NCBI GenBank assembly: GCA_963755715.1
Contig: CAVWLW010000032.1
Location: forward strand, 32,001-96,000
Direction of reading: 5' to 3'
DNA from: an uncultured delta proteobacterium
GTDB taxonomy: Bacteria; Desulfobacterota; Binatia; UBA9968
DNA length: 64,000 nt
Shown here: positions 50,702 through 62,582 of the stretch, piece by piece
Layout: every line of letters starts with the position of its first letter
Numbering within the stretch: the stretch's first letter is position 1
Made by a program: the position numbers and the translations under genes
The notes under the pieces: model-generated
Told to the model about the DNA's origin: nothing
Database searches by the model: none
Seen by the model: the letters and a program-made list of their open reading frames with translations, nothing else

Positions 50702-52237
50702 ATGATGCGTTCGGATTCACCTGCAATCAAACGAAGAACGTTTTTGAAGCAAGGCGCCTTAGCCGGCCTGGGCGTTCTCGCGCCTACGGCATGGCCGCAG
50801 CTCAGTTGGTCCGCGTCCAAAGAGCGGCTGATGATTCTGAGCAGCATCGGTTTAGACACGCTTCATCCCTACGCGCACAGTTCCGGTCCGCAGTATGGCA
50901 TCTGGCAACACATGATCGAGCCGCTGGTCGAGATCAACTACGCGCGCAAAGATTATTACGGCGTGCTCGCCGAGTCTTGGAAATTCCAGGGGAACACATG
51001 GGTGTTTCGCCTGAGAAAAGGGATTCGTTTCCACGATGGCTCGCCGTTTACCGCCCAAGATGTGATCCATTCGGTCAATCGCATTAGAAATGATAAGCGC
51101 AGCCTGCAGAAATCAAATTTCGACGACCTGACCGAAGTCCAAGCGCCGGACGATTATACCGTGGTGTTCACGACTGCAGTGCCGAACGCGGTTATGCTCG
51201 ACCGGTTGCAAAACCGCTTTATTCTCAGCAAGAGCGCGGCGGAGAAATACGGCGACGACGTCGATCAACACGCGATCGGGACCGGGCCGTATAAGTTCGT
51301 GAGTTGGCAGCGCGACGGTAATCTCGTCATGACGCGCAACGATGATTACTGGGGACCGAAGGCCGCCATCAAAGAAGTCGTGCTGAAAAAGGTCGGCGAG
51401 GATGCGGCTAGAATGTCCGGCTTGCTCGCAGGACAGTGCGACGTGGTCAACAATGTTCCGGTGGAGGAGATCGCCCGCTTGGACAAGCATCCGCGGGTGC
51501 GTGCGGAAAAAATCGAAGGGCTGAGAATGTATTTCTTGGCGATGAACGTCACGCACAAGCCGTTCGACAACAAGCTCGTGCGCCAGGCGTTTAACTACGC
51601 GGTCGACCCAACGGTGGTGATCAAGCATATCTATGAAGGCCAGGGTTATGTGATGAGCGGGCCGCTTGGCGCCAACGTGATCGGCTTCGATCCCAAAATT
51701 AAGCGCTATGCCTACGATCCGAAGAGGGCCAAGGAATTGTTGGCACAAGCCGGCTTCGCCAATGGCTTGGAGGTCAAGCTGTACTTTTCTCCGGACCGCT
51801 ATCCCAAGGCGAAAGAAGTCTGCCAGGTCATCGCCGATCAGCTTGCCAAGGCGGGGGTAAAGGTCGAGCTCGTCTCTCAAGAATTTGCCATCTTCTGGGG
51901 TTCGGACGGAGTCAACGGCGGCAAGATTCCCTTTTACTATGTCGGCCGTCCAGCCATCGATGCGGATACGGTTTACGACCAATATTACCGTTCGGGCAGA
52001 ACCAAGCGGGTCAGCTTTCAAAATGCCGAGGTCGATCGGCTGATCGATGAACAGCACAAGACCGAAGATCAAAAAAAGCGCGTTGCGCTATTGCAACAAA
52101 TCGGTCGTATTCTGATGGACGAGGCGGCACTGGTGCCCTTGTACACGCTCGCGGAGATCTACGGTGTGGCGCGCAATGTGATCTGGAAAGCGCATCCGGA
52201 AGAAAAGGTTCTCGCCTTTGATATGAAAATTCGCTAG
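50702..52237 (+). CDS. ABC substrate-binding protein family 5, Tat signal
   Basis: KRRTFLK, RFHDGSPFTAQDV and GTGPYKF. Confidence 0.9.
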   Translation: MMRSDSPAIKRRTFLKQGALAGLGVLAPTAWPQLSWSASKERLMILSSIGLDTLHPYAHSSGPQYGIWQHMIEPLVEINYARKDYYGVLAESWKFQGNTWVFRLRKGIRFHDGSPFTAQDVIHSVNRIRNDKRSLQKSNFDDLTEVQAPDDYTVVFTTAVPNAVMLDRLQNRFILSKSAAEKYGDDVDQHAIGTGPYKFVSWQRDGNLVMTRNDDYWGPKAAIKEVVLKKVGEDAARMSGLLAGQCDVVNNVPVEEIARLDKHPRVRAEKIEGLRMYFLAMNVTHKPFDNKLVRQAFNYAVDPTVVIKHIYEGQGYVMSGPLGANVIGFDPKIKRYAYDPKRAKELLAQAGFANGLEVKLYFSPDRYPKAKEVCQVIADQLAKAGVKVELVSQEFAIFWGSDGVNGGKIPFYYVGRPAIDADTVYDQYYRSGRTKRVSFQNAEVDRLIDEQHKTEDQKKRVALLQQIGRILMDEAALVPLYTLAEIYGVARNVIWKAHPEEKVLAFDMKIR

Positions 52238-52284
52238 CGGAAACGACACAGATAAAGTTCACGCCAGGTCGATTGGAGAATCGA

Positions 52285-53818
52285 ATGAGTTCACTGAACC
52301 CGAGCATCAAGCGCAGAGATTTTCTCAAACAAGGAGCCCTCGCCGGCTTCGGCGCGCTACTTGGCAATTCCATCGTCAGGGCGAGTTACGCCGCGTCGCG
52401 AGAACGGCTGACGTTCCTGGCCGCGGTCGGACTGGACACGCTTCATCCCTACGCGATCAGCGCGAGCCCGCATTATGGCATCTGGGAGCATATGATCGAG
52501 CCGCTGATCGAGATCAACTACGCTAAAAAAGAATATTACGGCGTGCTCGCCGAGTCATGGGAATTCCAGGACAAGAAGTGGGTGTTCAAATTGCGTAAGA
52601 ACGTGCGCTTTCACGACGGTAGCCCGTTCACATCGAAGGACGTGATTCACTCCGTCAACCGAATTAAGACCGATAAGCAAAGCTTGCAGGCGGAAAATTT
52701 TCGCGACTTGACCGAGATGCAGGCGCCGGACGATTACACTGTGATTTTTACGACCGAAGTGCCGAATGCGGTTTTTCTCGATCGCTTGTACAACCGCTAC
52801 ATGGTCAGCAAAGCCGCGGCGGACAAGTACGGTGATCAAGTCGACCAGCACCCGATCGGCACGGGTCCCTATAAATTCGTCAGTTGGCAGCGCGGCGCCA
52901 ATCTAGTGCTCACCCGCAACGAGGACTATTGGAACGGCAAAATGGCGATCAAAGAGATCGTTATAAAAACCGTCAAGGAAGACTCCGGGCGGGTCTCGGG
53001 TCTGATGGCGGGCCAAGGCGACGTGATTAACAACGTGCCGGTCGAAGAGCTTTCGCGCTTCGACAAACATCCGAGGATCCGATCCGGAAAAAGTCGAAGG
53101 ACTGCGCATGCACTTTCTCGCGATGAACGTCACGCACAAGCCGTTCGACAATAAGCTGGTGCGCCAGGCCTTCAACTATGCGGTCGATCCGGCGCAAATC
53201 ATCAAATACATCTATGAAGGCAACGGCTATGTCATGAACGGGCCGATGAGCGCCAACGTGATCGGCTTCGATCCCAAGATCAAACGCTATCCCTACGATC
53301 CGAAAAAAGCCAAAGAGCTGTTAGCGAAGGCGGGATTCAATGACGGCTTGGAGGTGAAGCTCTACTTTTCACCCGACCGCTATCCGAAAGCGCGCGAAGT
53401 CTGCCAAGTGGTCGCCGATCAATTGGCCAAGGCCGGAGTGAAAACCGAATTGATCGCGCAAGAGTTCGTTATTTTTTGGGGTAAAGAAGGCGTCAACGGC
53501 GGCAAGACGCCTTTTTATTATGTCGGGCGGCCCGCCATCGACGCCGACACGGTTTACGATCAATACTACCGCTCCGGGGTGAGCCCGCGCATTCAGTACA
53601 AGAATCCGGAGTTCGACAAGTTAATCGACGAAGAACAGAAAACCGGCGATCCCAAAAAGCGCATCGCGATTTTGCAACAGGCTGGACGGATCTTGATGGA
53701 AGATGTGCCGTTTGTGCCGTTATATACCTTGGCGGAAAATTATGGCGTGGCGCGCAACGTGATTTGGAAGCCGCGGCCCGATGAAAAAGTTTTGGCTGCG
53801 GAGATGAAAATTAAATAA
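52285..53818 (+). CDS. ABC substrate-binding protein family 5, Tat signal (frameshift near 53085)
   Basis: ORFs 52273-53154 and 53108-53818 join into a close paralog of 50702-52237. Confidence 0.88.
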
Positions 53819-53974
53819 CATTGGCTCAATATTGCGTGCCGCAATACTTGCTGCCGCTCGGCACTCACCGCCGGCGGTTGATGTTGCAGAACGAGTTTGT
53901 TTTCGCTTCGGACAATTTTGCACGGCGATCATAGGGTCGACGGGAAACCAGCAGAATCCGCTGTCGGAATTTCT

Positions 53975-53990
53975 TGGCATAGTCGTTGCT
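53975..53990 (+). promoter_or_regulatory. Sigma54-type -24/-12 promoter
   Basis: TGGCATA-GTCG-TTGCT upstream of ORF 54004. Confidence 0.6.
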
Positions 53991-54003
53991 CTAGCGTCAT
54001 TTC

Positions 54004-54546
54004 ATGCCGACGAATGCTACTGGCGTAGCCGATGGAGCGGCGGCGAAAATGCGCTACTCCTCAACCCTACGATGCATCGGTCAATCCCTCGAAGCGATGG
54101 AACTGAAGTCGCTGGAGATAAAAACGCACGGCGATGATTTCATTGTCCAAGTGTGGAACCGCGGCCCGTCGATGGCCATGGATCTGGAAAAGCATTATTC
54201 GCCGCAAGATTTACGTAATCTCGACGCCGAAGGACGCGAAAAGCGCAAACCGTTCGCCGGACCGCCGAATCTTTTGAGCTTATCGCAGGTCTTGCGACTT
54301 GCCGGGAACTACGTCGATCGTATGCGCGGGCGGCTTCTCAGGGTTTCTTGGCAGGATCAATCAGACAAGATTCAATCGATCACCGTGCAATGGGAGCCTG
54401 TCATACCGGTTATGGGAGCGAGTGAATCCCAACCGACGAGCATCGAAGAGTTGTGCATCCATATCTACAAGCAGCGCAAAAAAATCCCGTTTAGCTCGGA
54501 GCGTCAGGCACACCGACCGTTTGTGAGCGTCGCCCGTAACAGATGA
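54004..54546 (+). CDS. Hypothetical protein
   Basis: 180-aa ORF with an internal repeat-like pattern (YSSTLRCIGQSLE / LSQVLRLAGNYVD). The true start may be ATG 54049. Confidence 0.65.
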   Translation: MPTNATGVADGAAAKMRYSSTLRCIGQSLEAMELKSLEIKTHGDDFIVQVWNRGPSMAMDLEKHYSPQDLRNLDAEGREKRKPFAGPPNLLSLSQVLRLAGNYVDRMRGRLLRVSWQDQSDKIQSITVQWEPVIPVMGASESQPTSIEELCIHIYKQRKKIPFSSERQAHRPFVSVARNR

Positions 54547-54560
54547 TCGGTGCGGCAGCT

Positions 54561-56206
54561 TTAAGCTTGATACTTCACCTCGCCGCCGACCAGCGTCATC
54601 TCGACTTTTAGATCTTTGATTTTTTCCGCTTGAATCTCGAAGGGGTCTTCGGCGAGCACCGCGATATCCGCGAGCTTGCCGACTTCGAGCGTGCCCTTGT
54701 CATTCTCTTCGAAAGCCGACCCACGCGGCGGTCGTCGTGTGCATGGCGAAGGCTTCGCCAACGCTGATTCTTTCCTCCGGCACCCAGACTTCGCCCCAAC
54801 GCATCTTGCGCGACACGCAAGCGGCGATATCGCGCAACGGATCGACCGGCCAATAGCCGGGCGAGTCCGAGCCGCCGGCGATAATCACGCCGTTTTTCAA
54901 TAGAGTCCGAAACGGGAATGCTTTGGTCAGCCGCTTTTCGCCGACGCAGTCGAGGATTGCATCGCCGACGTAGTAGCCGATGGCGATGTTTGGTATCGCG
55001 ACGATGCCGTCTCGTACCATACGCTGCATTCGCTCGGGCGTGCACAGCCAGTTACCCATGTGCTCTATGCGGTGGCGGTGATCTTTGCGCGGCGAGTGCC
55101 CGATGGCATTCTCGTACGCATCCAGCGCCATATCGAAAGCGCGGTCGCCAATCGCGTGCACGCAGCAGCGCAAGCCGGCGTCGTGGCAGATCTGGACGGT
55201 GTGGCTCAGTTCATCTTGCTGGATGCGGATGATGCCGTGATTGTGCTCGTCGTCTTCGTACGGCTCGTAGAAGCAGGCGTTGCGCCCGGTGATGCCGCCG
55301 TCGATGCTCATCTTGACGCCGCCGACCCGCAGCCATTCGTTGCCGAATCCGGTGATGAGGCCGAGCTCGATCAAGCTCTTCGATTCGATCATCGATTCGA
55401 TGACGCGCGGCAGGATGCTCACGCGCGCATGCATGTTGCCTTCTTTGTAGATTTCTTGATAAGCGCGCACCGGCTCGGCATAGCGCACGATGTCGTGGAC
55501 GGTTGTCACGCCGCGTTCAAGGCACTGCTGCAACGCGAACACGATACCGTCTTTAAGCTGAAGATAATTAAATTCCGGCGCAACTTTTTTGACGATCAAC
55601 TGGGCGCGCTCGTGCAGCTCGCCGGTAGGCTCGCCGCTTTGGGGATCATGCTTGATGTGGCCGCCGGCCGGATCGGGCGTGTCGCGCGTGATCTTCGCCG
55701 CGGCCAACGCGAGAGTGTTCGCAACCGTAATATGCGCGCCGAAAGAAATCGGAAACCGGATTGTCCGGCACGGCGCGATCGAGATCATGCTTATCCGGAA
55801 AGCGTTTGTCATTGAGCCGAAAATCTTGCATCGGGCTGCCATGAGCAACGATCCACGATCCTTTGGGCGCGCCAGCGGCGGCATTGGCGAGGCGTTGCAA
55901 GATATCGGCGACGGAATGGACGTCGACGTAAAAATCGCGGCAGTCGACAAGCTCCATCTCCGCCGTGCCTTTTTCCGAGAGATGCACATGAGTGTCGGTG
56001 AGCCCCGGAATCGCCGTCCGACCTTTGAGATCGATCGCTTGAGTTTCCGGGCCGGCGAGGCGGCGAACTTCGTCGGAATTTCCCGTGGCGACAATGCGCG
56101 AACCGACGCAGGCGAGGGCTTCACAAATTGCGGTCTCGCTCGTGAAGGTGCGGACTTTGCCGTTGTATAGAATCAGATCGGGATAGGGTAAGGGTCGCTT
56201 GGTCAT
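54561..56206 (-). CDS. Amidohydrolase_3 (YtcJ-like) protein (frameshifts)
   Basis: IDLKGRTAIPGLTDTHVH, HAIGDRA, RHRIEH, GGSDSP and KGTLEVGKLAD across three ORF pieces. Confidence 0.9.
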
Positions 56207-56255
56207 TGGCTGGTTCGCTCCTTGTTTGTTCTGCTATGATGGGGAATCCGATACG

Positions 56256-57323
56256 TTATCTTCTTTTCACAAACAATTGGCGCATCAGATTCTCCCATTG
56301 GCTGAATTTCACTTCAAGTTCTTCGAGGGAGAATTTTTCATCGAGGTAAATCTTTTTGAACTTCTGGTCCCGCGTTCCAGTATCCTCGCGCGGCGACCAG
56401 AGTCCGCCTTTCATCATCAGTTGCTGCCCTTCCTTTGAGTGAACGTAGTCGAGGAAGAGCAGGGCGGCATGCGGGTGGGAAGCTTTGGATGACAAACCTG
56501 AATAGCCCACAGTCGTGACCACCGGCTCCAGCGGACGCCACTCGATTGGCGCGCCTTTTTGTTTCGCCACGGTCACGTCGGCGTCGAAAATTGTCGGCGA
56601 CAAGGGCACTTCGCCTGACGCCACCAGCCCGGCCAACGCGGCGCCGGACATGTCCTGGACCTTGATATCCTGTTCCGCCAACTTGTCGAGGAACTCGCGG
56701 CCCATGATCTCGATAGTGCTGCCGATCCAGCGCACTCCGGTGGAAGTGCCGGCGATAGACATTTTGCCTTTCCATTTCGGATCGAGCAGGTCCTTGATCG
56801 TCTTCGGACCTTCGTTCGTTGAAATCAAAGTGGTGTTGAATCCCAAGCTGTTGTAAGTCTCGCGATTGCCGAGATAATAGACACCGGTTTTTCCTTTCGA
56901 CTTGACGGTGTCGGGGTAGAAGCGCGCTTCCGGAGTAAAATATTCTTGAAACAAGCCGTCGCGTTTCATCAATCCCATGCCTTCAGAAGTCGTTTCGACA
57001 ACGTCGACAATGGCGCGGCTGGAGTTGAACTCCTCCATCGCCCGGCGGATCAGGTTCTTTGAATCATTGCGCCACTCGGAAACCTTGATGAAAGGATACT
57101 TTTTCTCGAATTCCTTGACGTAGGTGCGAAACCAGGTGTGCGAATCATAAAGAGTGAATTGTCCTTCGCGCTTGGCGCCTTCGATGAGAATCTTTTCCCG
57201 ATCCGCGCCTTGATACAGAGCTAACTGCGCGATTGTCATCGGCGCCGCAGCGTTAGCTTGGAGTGCGGCGGACGTCAGACAAATAAAGCTAGCCAAGATC
57301 AAGCGTAAAATCTTCGTTTGCAT
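56256..57323 (-). CDS. Extracellular solute-binding protein (Fe3+/thiamine ABC family)
   Basis: GAKREG, LLDPKWKGK and HPHAALLFLDY..SKEGQ. Confidence 0.85.
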   Translation of the reverse strand: MQTKILRLILASFICLTSAALQANAAAPMTIAQLALYQGADREKILIEGAKREGQFTLYDSHTWFRTYVKEFEKKYPFIKVSEWRNDSKNLIRRAMEEFNSSRAIVDVVETTSEGMGLMKRDGLFQEYFTPEARFYPDTVKSKGKTGVYYLGNRETYNSLGFNTTLISTNEGPKTIKDLLDPKWKGKMSIAGTSTGVRWIGSTIEIMGREFLDKLAEQDIKVQDMSGAALAGLVASGEVPLSPTIFDADVTVAKQKGAPIEWRPLEPVVTTVGYSGLSSKASHPHAALLFLDYVHSKEGQQLMMKGGLWSPREDTGTRDQKFKKIYLDEKFSLEELEVKFSQWENLMRQLFVKRR

Positions 57324-57363
57324 GCTTAAAGTTGTCTCCCTCCCTACGCGCCGGTAGGGCTAT

Positions 57364-58440
57364 CTATCTTTTGCGGATGAAGAGCTGGCGCAGCAGCCCT
57401 TCCCACTGGCCGATTTTTGCTTCCATCTCTTCGGACGAATACTTTTCGTCTAAATAATTTTTCGTAAATTTCTGCTCCAAAGAGCCCAAATCTTCGCGCG
57501 GCGACCAGAGTCCACCCTTCATGATCAATTGCTGGCCTTCCTTGGAAAGCAGGAAGTCGATGAAGAGAAGAGCCGTATGCGGGTTGGCCGCTTTGGCTAA
57601 GAGCGCCGCTGAACCGACGGTCGTGACGACAGGCTCCAGAGGACGCCATTCCACCGGCGCGCCCTTCTGTTTGGCTAGTGTTACGTTGGCATCGAAGATC
57701 GTCGGCGACAGCGGGATTTCACCGGAAACGACCAAGTTGATCAGCGATGCCGGCGCCATATCTTGCACGCTCATTTCCTGGTCGGCCAACTTATTCAAAA
57801 ATTCGCGCCCCAAAGTTTCCAGCACGTTGCCGATCCAGCGAGCGCCGGTCGTCGTGCTGGTGATCGCCATCTTGCCTTTCCATTTCGGATCGAGCAGGTC
57901 TTTGAGGTTGCGCGGCGCGACGGCCGGAGGAATGAGCTGCGTGTTGAACCCCAAGCTGTTGTAAGTTTCACGGTTCGGCAGATAAAAGAAGCCGGTTTTG
58001 CCTCGCGGCTTAAGCTCGTTCGGATAAAAGCGCGCTTCAGGAGAATAGTACTCCTGAAACAATCCTTCGCGTTTCAAAACGCCCATGCCGTCGGCGGTGG
58101 TTTCGACGATGTCCGCGATCGCGCGTCCTGATTTGTTTTCCTCCAGCACTTTGCGAATAATGTTTTTGGAATCATTGCGCCATTGCGTGGCGCGCACGAA
58201 GGGATATTTTTTCTCGAAGCTCGCGACGAAGGTTTTGAACCAGGTATGCGAAGTGTAGAGCGTGAATTGCCCCTCGCGCTTGGCGCCGTCGATGAGAATT
58301 TTCTCCCGATCGGCGCCTTGGTAGACGGCCAGTTGCGCCGGAGCCATCGGCGGGGTGGCAGCCATTGCTGCCGTAGCGCACGACCAGTAGACGAGACAAA
58401 TGAAGGTATCGAAGAACGATCGGGCGCGCCGTAGAAACAT
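57364..58440 (-). CDS. Extracellular solute-binding protein (paralog of 56256-57323)
   Basis: Same motifs and clear similarity to the adjacent gene. Confidence 0.85.
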   Translation of the reverse strand: MFLRRARSFFDTFICLVYWSCATAAMAATPPMAPAQLAVYQGADREKILIDGAKREGQFTLYTSHTWFKTFVASFEKKYPFVRATQWRNDSKNIIRKVLEENKSGRAIADIVETTADGMGVLKREGLFQEYYSPEARFYPNELKPRGKTGFFYLPNRETYNSLGFNTQLIPPAVAPRNLKDLLDPKWKGKMAITSTTTGARWIGNVLETLGREFLNKLADQEMSVQDMAPASLINLVVSGEIPLSPTIFDANVTLAKQKGAPVEWRPLEPVVTTVGSAALLAKAANPHTALLFIDFLLSKEGQQLIMKGGLWSPREDLGSLEQKFTKNYLDEKYSSEEMEAKIGQWEGLLRQLFIRKR

Positions 58441-58466
58441 TGTCCGTCTCCTTCAGCTGAACCATC

Positions 58467-59412
58467 TCACAACCGCAAGGTGTTTTTGTTCTCTTTCAAC
58501 CAGGCCGCCAGCCGTGCGATGCCTTCTTCCAAATAGATTTTTGGTGTCCAGCCCAGCTCGCGTTTTGCCAGCGAGATGTCCAGCGGATCGCGATTCCGGT
58601 GGGGTGCGACTTCGGCGGCGTTCGGGTGCTGGCCGATTTCAAACTTCAAATCAGGCAGCGCTTTTTGAATCGCGCGCTGCAAATCTTCACTCACGTATGA
58701 TTGATCAAGGCCGATATTGTAAGCGCGACTGAGCGGCTTGTCGGCGAACAACGCTCGACTAATGGCATCTACGACATCATCGATGTAGATCAAGTCGTCG
58801 AGCGGGCGGGTGAGAAAAGGCCGGCAGGGCTGGCCGAGGATGCCTTTTTTTAACTCCAGTGGGATGCTCCGGTATAAGCCCGGGCCGTAAACCGACGAAT
58901 ATCTAAGGGCGACGAAATCGACGCCATGTTTCTCTTTGTAGAAGTCGCCCATCCATTCTGACACGGTTTTCGCGGCGCGATAAAAATAAGTGGGATAAAT
59001 CGAGACGGCGTCTTCTTCTTTGACCAAACTTCCGTCCGGTTTTTTAAGTTGACCGTAGATCGAAGCAGAGCTTGAATAGACAATTCGTTTCATGCCGAAT
59101 TCTTTTGCCGCTTCCAGGATGTTCGTCATCGCGTGATAGCAGTAGTTAATCACGGAGGGATCTTCATTCCGCGGCGGGTGCGCAGCATGGAAAACATGCG
59201 TGGGCCGCTCCTTTTCGCAGAGCGCTCGGAAAGCTGCAGCATCGGTCACATTCATGATGTGGCTCGGCGTTTTGATACCGAGCAGCGAGAGGTCCGGCGA
59301 GCGCGGCACGACGTCGATGGGAACGATTTTATGTCCAAGAGCCTCGATCAATCGACTCGCGTGCGAGCCGATGAAGCCGTTGGCACCGGTGATCAAGACC
59401 GTGCAGTGACAT
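58467..59412 (-). CDS. NAD-dependent epimerase/dehydratase
   Basis: VLITGANGFIG, YSSSASIYG, YRAAK (YxxxK) and LRYSSVYGPG. The start has a probable indel. Confidence 0.88.
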
Positions 59413-59431
59413 GATATTATCTCGTTCGGTG

Positions 59432-60508
59432 TCAGTGCCTGCTGATGAACAGGCGGCGCTTCAAGCCTTCCCACTCGGCGAATTTTCGCTCCATGACCTC
59501 GGGCGGATATTTGCTCTCGATGTAAACTTTCTTGAATTTTTGGCCCGGCGAAGCAACATCTTTTCGCGCCGAGCTTAATCCGCCTTTCAGCACCGCTTCC
59601 TGTCCCTCTTTGGAGTGGAGGTAATCAAGGAACAGCAACGCCGCGTGCGGATTGGGCGCTTTGGCCACCATGCCGGAAGTGCCGGTGGTCGCAATTACGG
59701 GATCGATCGGCCGCCACTCCACCGGCGCGCCTTTTTGTTTGGCGACAGTGATATTCGAATTGAAGATTGTCGGCGACAGCGGCACTTCGCCCGATGCGAT
59801 GAGCTCAGCAAGGGCGGCGCCGGAAATGTTCTGCACGTTGACGTCTTGCTTGGCGATCTTCTCGAGAAACTCGCGGCCGTAGGCTTCGATTACGGCGCCG
59901 ATCCATTGCGTGCCCGTGGTCGTGCCGGCAATGGACATTTTGCCTTTCCATTTCGGGTCGATCAGATCTTTCATCATTCTTGGCGCGTCAGCAGGCGGAG
60001 TAAGACTCGTGTTGAACCCCAGGCTGATGTAAAGCTCACGACTGGTCCAATGGAACACGCCGCTTTTGCCCTTGACTTTGACATTTTTATCGTAGGCACC
60101 GAGTTCCGGCGAGAAAACTTCTTGAAACATATGGGCTGGGATCAACAGCGCCATGTAATCGGGACTGGTTTCGACCACGTCGGCGATGAAACGTACCCGC
60201 CGCAGCTTCGTCGGTCAAGCGCTTGAGCAATTCTTTCGAGTCGCTGCGCCAGACGTTGGTCTTGATGAACGGATATTTGCGGCCGAATTCCTGTGACACA
60301 TAGTCCTGCCATCCAAGTATTCGAAGTGTAAAAGGTGACTTGCGCCTTCTTTCTTCGCGCCTTCGAGCAGGATCTGTTTCGCGATCTTTTCCTTTATAAA
60401 GAGCCAGCTCGGCGACGGACATCGGCTTTGCCTGAGCCGCCAAGCGACAAAGAAACTGGCCAACCACATGATCAGTGCGACGAGAACGAGTAAGCATCTG
60501 ACAGACAT
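59432..60508 (-). CDS. Extracellular solute-binding protein (frameshifts in the 5' part)
   Basis: MSVRCLLVL signal, LLEGAKKEG, DPKWKGK and NPHAALLFLDY. Confidence 0.8.
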
Positions 60509-60540
60509 CGAAAATCCTCCTTGAGAGACCGGCCGCGCTA

Positions 60541-61721
60541 TTAGTCGAAATAACCGTTCTTGTAGGCCCAGAGCCAGAGATAGGCGATTTTTTCGTTGTA
60601 CAGTTCGGAATAACCGACGTGGCCATAGCGCGGGATCAAAACCACGTGCGCGCCGCGCGTCGCTCGCGGCGTACTTGGCGCCCATGAACATCTCGCGCTT
60701 GTGCTCGAGCTTCTCACCTTTGACCCAGTGGCCTTTGTCGTTTTCGCCGACAGTGAGCAGCACACGAATGGTTTTCAACCAGTTCGGATCGGGTTCCTGC
60801 AAATGATCGAAATATTCTTCGCGCGGCAGACCGGTGCGCTTGGGATATTCTTCGAGAATGCCGACGGCGGCATTGTGCTGATTGTCGCAGAGACTCGTTT
60901 TCATCTGCGAGCGCAGCGGGCTGATGAGACGAATGTAATCGTCGGCGCCACCCCAGGGCGTTAAATCCTCGGGATCGACGTAACCTGATTCCTTGAACGA
61001 ATCGGGTGAGCGCCGTGAGACGTGATCGATGGGTTTTTCGGTGTACTTTTCCGCGCCGGTTTTATTTCTCCATTCGAGCCGCCAGCCGTCGGGACCGCCG
61101 CTGCCGAAGCCGACGATGCCAATGACCTTCGTTTTCTTTGAAAACCGCGTGAGATGCGCGGCCATCGGTCCACCCGTGGAATGACCGAAGCCGATGATTT
61201 CCCTTCCGGCAAAGTGCTCGTCAGTCAGCAGCCCGGCGCCCTGCAGGATGACGTTGAAGGTGCATTTCAGGTTGCGGTCTAAAACTTCGTCTTGGGGCAG
61301 ATCGCGATCTTTGAGGTAGATCGGATTTCGCTCGGCGATCGGTTGTTTCCATACGCCGCCGAGCGGGTAATGGCCCGGATAGGTAAGCGCCAGCACTTTG
61401 AATCCTTGTGCCGCGAGCACGCGCGCCAATCCGGGCCGCCCGTCAGGCGTCAGATCCATGATCTTTTCGCTGCCCGCGCCGCCGTGAAAGAAAACAAAAG
61501 CCCGACGCGGATCGGTTTCTTTTTCCGGCGTGTATAAGCGTGCCGTGCATGTCCCAGTCATAGCCGTTGCGCTGATAACGAGTCCAAGCATCGGCAGTGG
61601 TTACTTGGGTGGCGCTGTAAGGCGGTTCTATCGCCAGCCATTCATCCCAGCTCAGCTTCAACAGCAAGTCGTTCGATTTTAGGCCGGCAAGAAATTTTTC
61701 GGTGGCGCTATTCATCGACAT
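60541..61721 (-). CDS. Alpha/beta-hydrolase-fold protein (frameshifts)
   Basis: FFHGGAG, GHSTGG, VGENDKGH and PRYGH across ORF pieces 61721, 61591 and 60765. Confidence 0.7.
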
Positions 61722-61734
61722 GCAACTTCCCCTT

Positions 61735-62569
61735 TTAACCTTTGGCTACGTAGTGGTCGAGGTAATACTTGGCGATTTCCCCTTTGGTCGCAAACCATAC
61801 ATTGGGAAAACCCTTGGCGTAACGGATGCACTCTTCAAAAACGCCGATGATGTTCGGCCGCCCGCCGATGTGCGCATGCACGAGACAATCGATGAGCTTG
61901 GGCGCGCCGGCTTGGCCTTCGGCATATAGACAGTCGAAGGCTGCCTTGAAGCTGTCGAAATAAACCCGTGCGGGATTTTTGTGAGTGAACAGGAGGCTCA
62001 AGTCGTTGGCGTAATCCAACCGCGGCATGATGACGATCGGTTTGCCATTGACAATCGCGATGCTGCGGGATATCGGGTCCCGGCAGGTCACCGGTCCAGA
62101 AAATGCCTTCATCCACATAGTGGCCCAAACTGTATTCATTGATTCGATGGCCGGGACTGACCCACCCCACCGGGCGCTTACCGGTCACGGAGCCGAGGGC
62201 GTCGAGAGTTCGCCGGATGAGATTTTTCTCCGCCTCGGCATCCAATGAAGATAGCGCGGTGTCATTGACCCAGCCGTGGCCGACGATCTCATGACCGCCG
62301 GCGTGAAGTTCCTTCAACGCATCGGGAAAATCTTCGGCAATACGGCCGTTGGTGTCGATAGTGCCTTTGACGCCATTGCGGTTTAGCGCGTCCATGATGC
62401 GCCAGATGCCGGCTTTGCCACCGTATTCGCCATAAGCAAGCGAGGCGTAGTCGGGTTTGCCGTCTTCGCTGCGGCGATATTGGGAGGATTTTTCAAAGGC
62501 CTCGAAGGCGACAAAAAAGCTGACGGCGATTTTTGCGTCATTGGGCCACTTGATCGGTTTGAGTCTCAT
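61735..62569 (-). CDS. Polysaccharide deacetylase family protein (PuuE-like; indel near 62065)
   Basis: WPNDAKIAVSF, EYGGKAGIWRI, HEIVGHGW, RPVGWVSP, HAHIGGRP and VWFAT. Confidence 0.85.
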
Positions 62570-62582
62570 AGCTTTGTCCTTT

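Noticed and set aside
51113-52072. Long antisense ORFs (this one and others such as 36538-37290 and 11371-12126)
   Set aside because: They are shadow ORFs opposite well-supported genes in GC-rich DNA and show no recognisable motifs.
60215-61591. 458-aa hydrolase-SBP fusion protein
   Set aside because: A frameshift near 60660 lets the hydrolase frame read into the next gene. The hydrolase's own end is at 60541 and the SBP has its own RBS and ATG at 60508.
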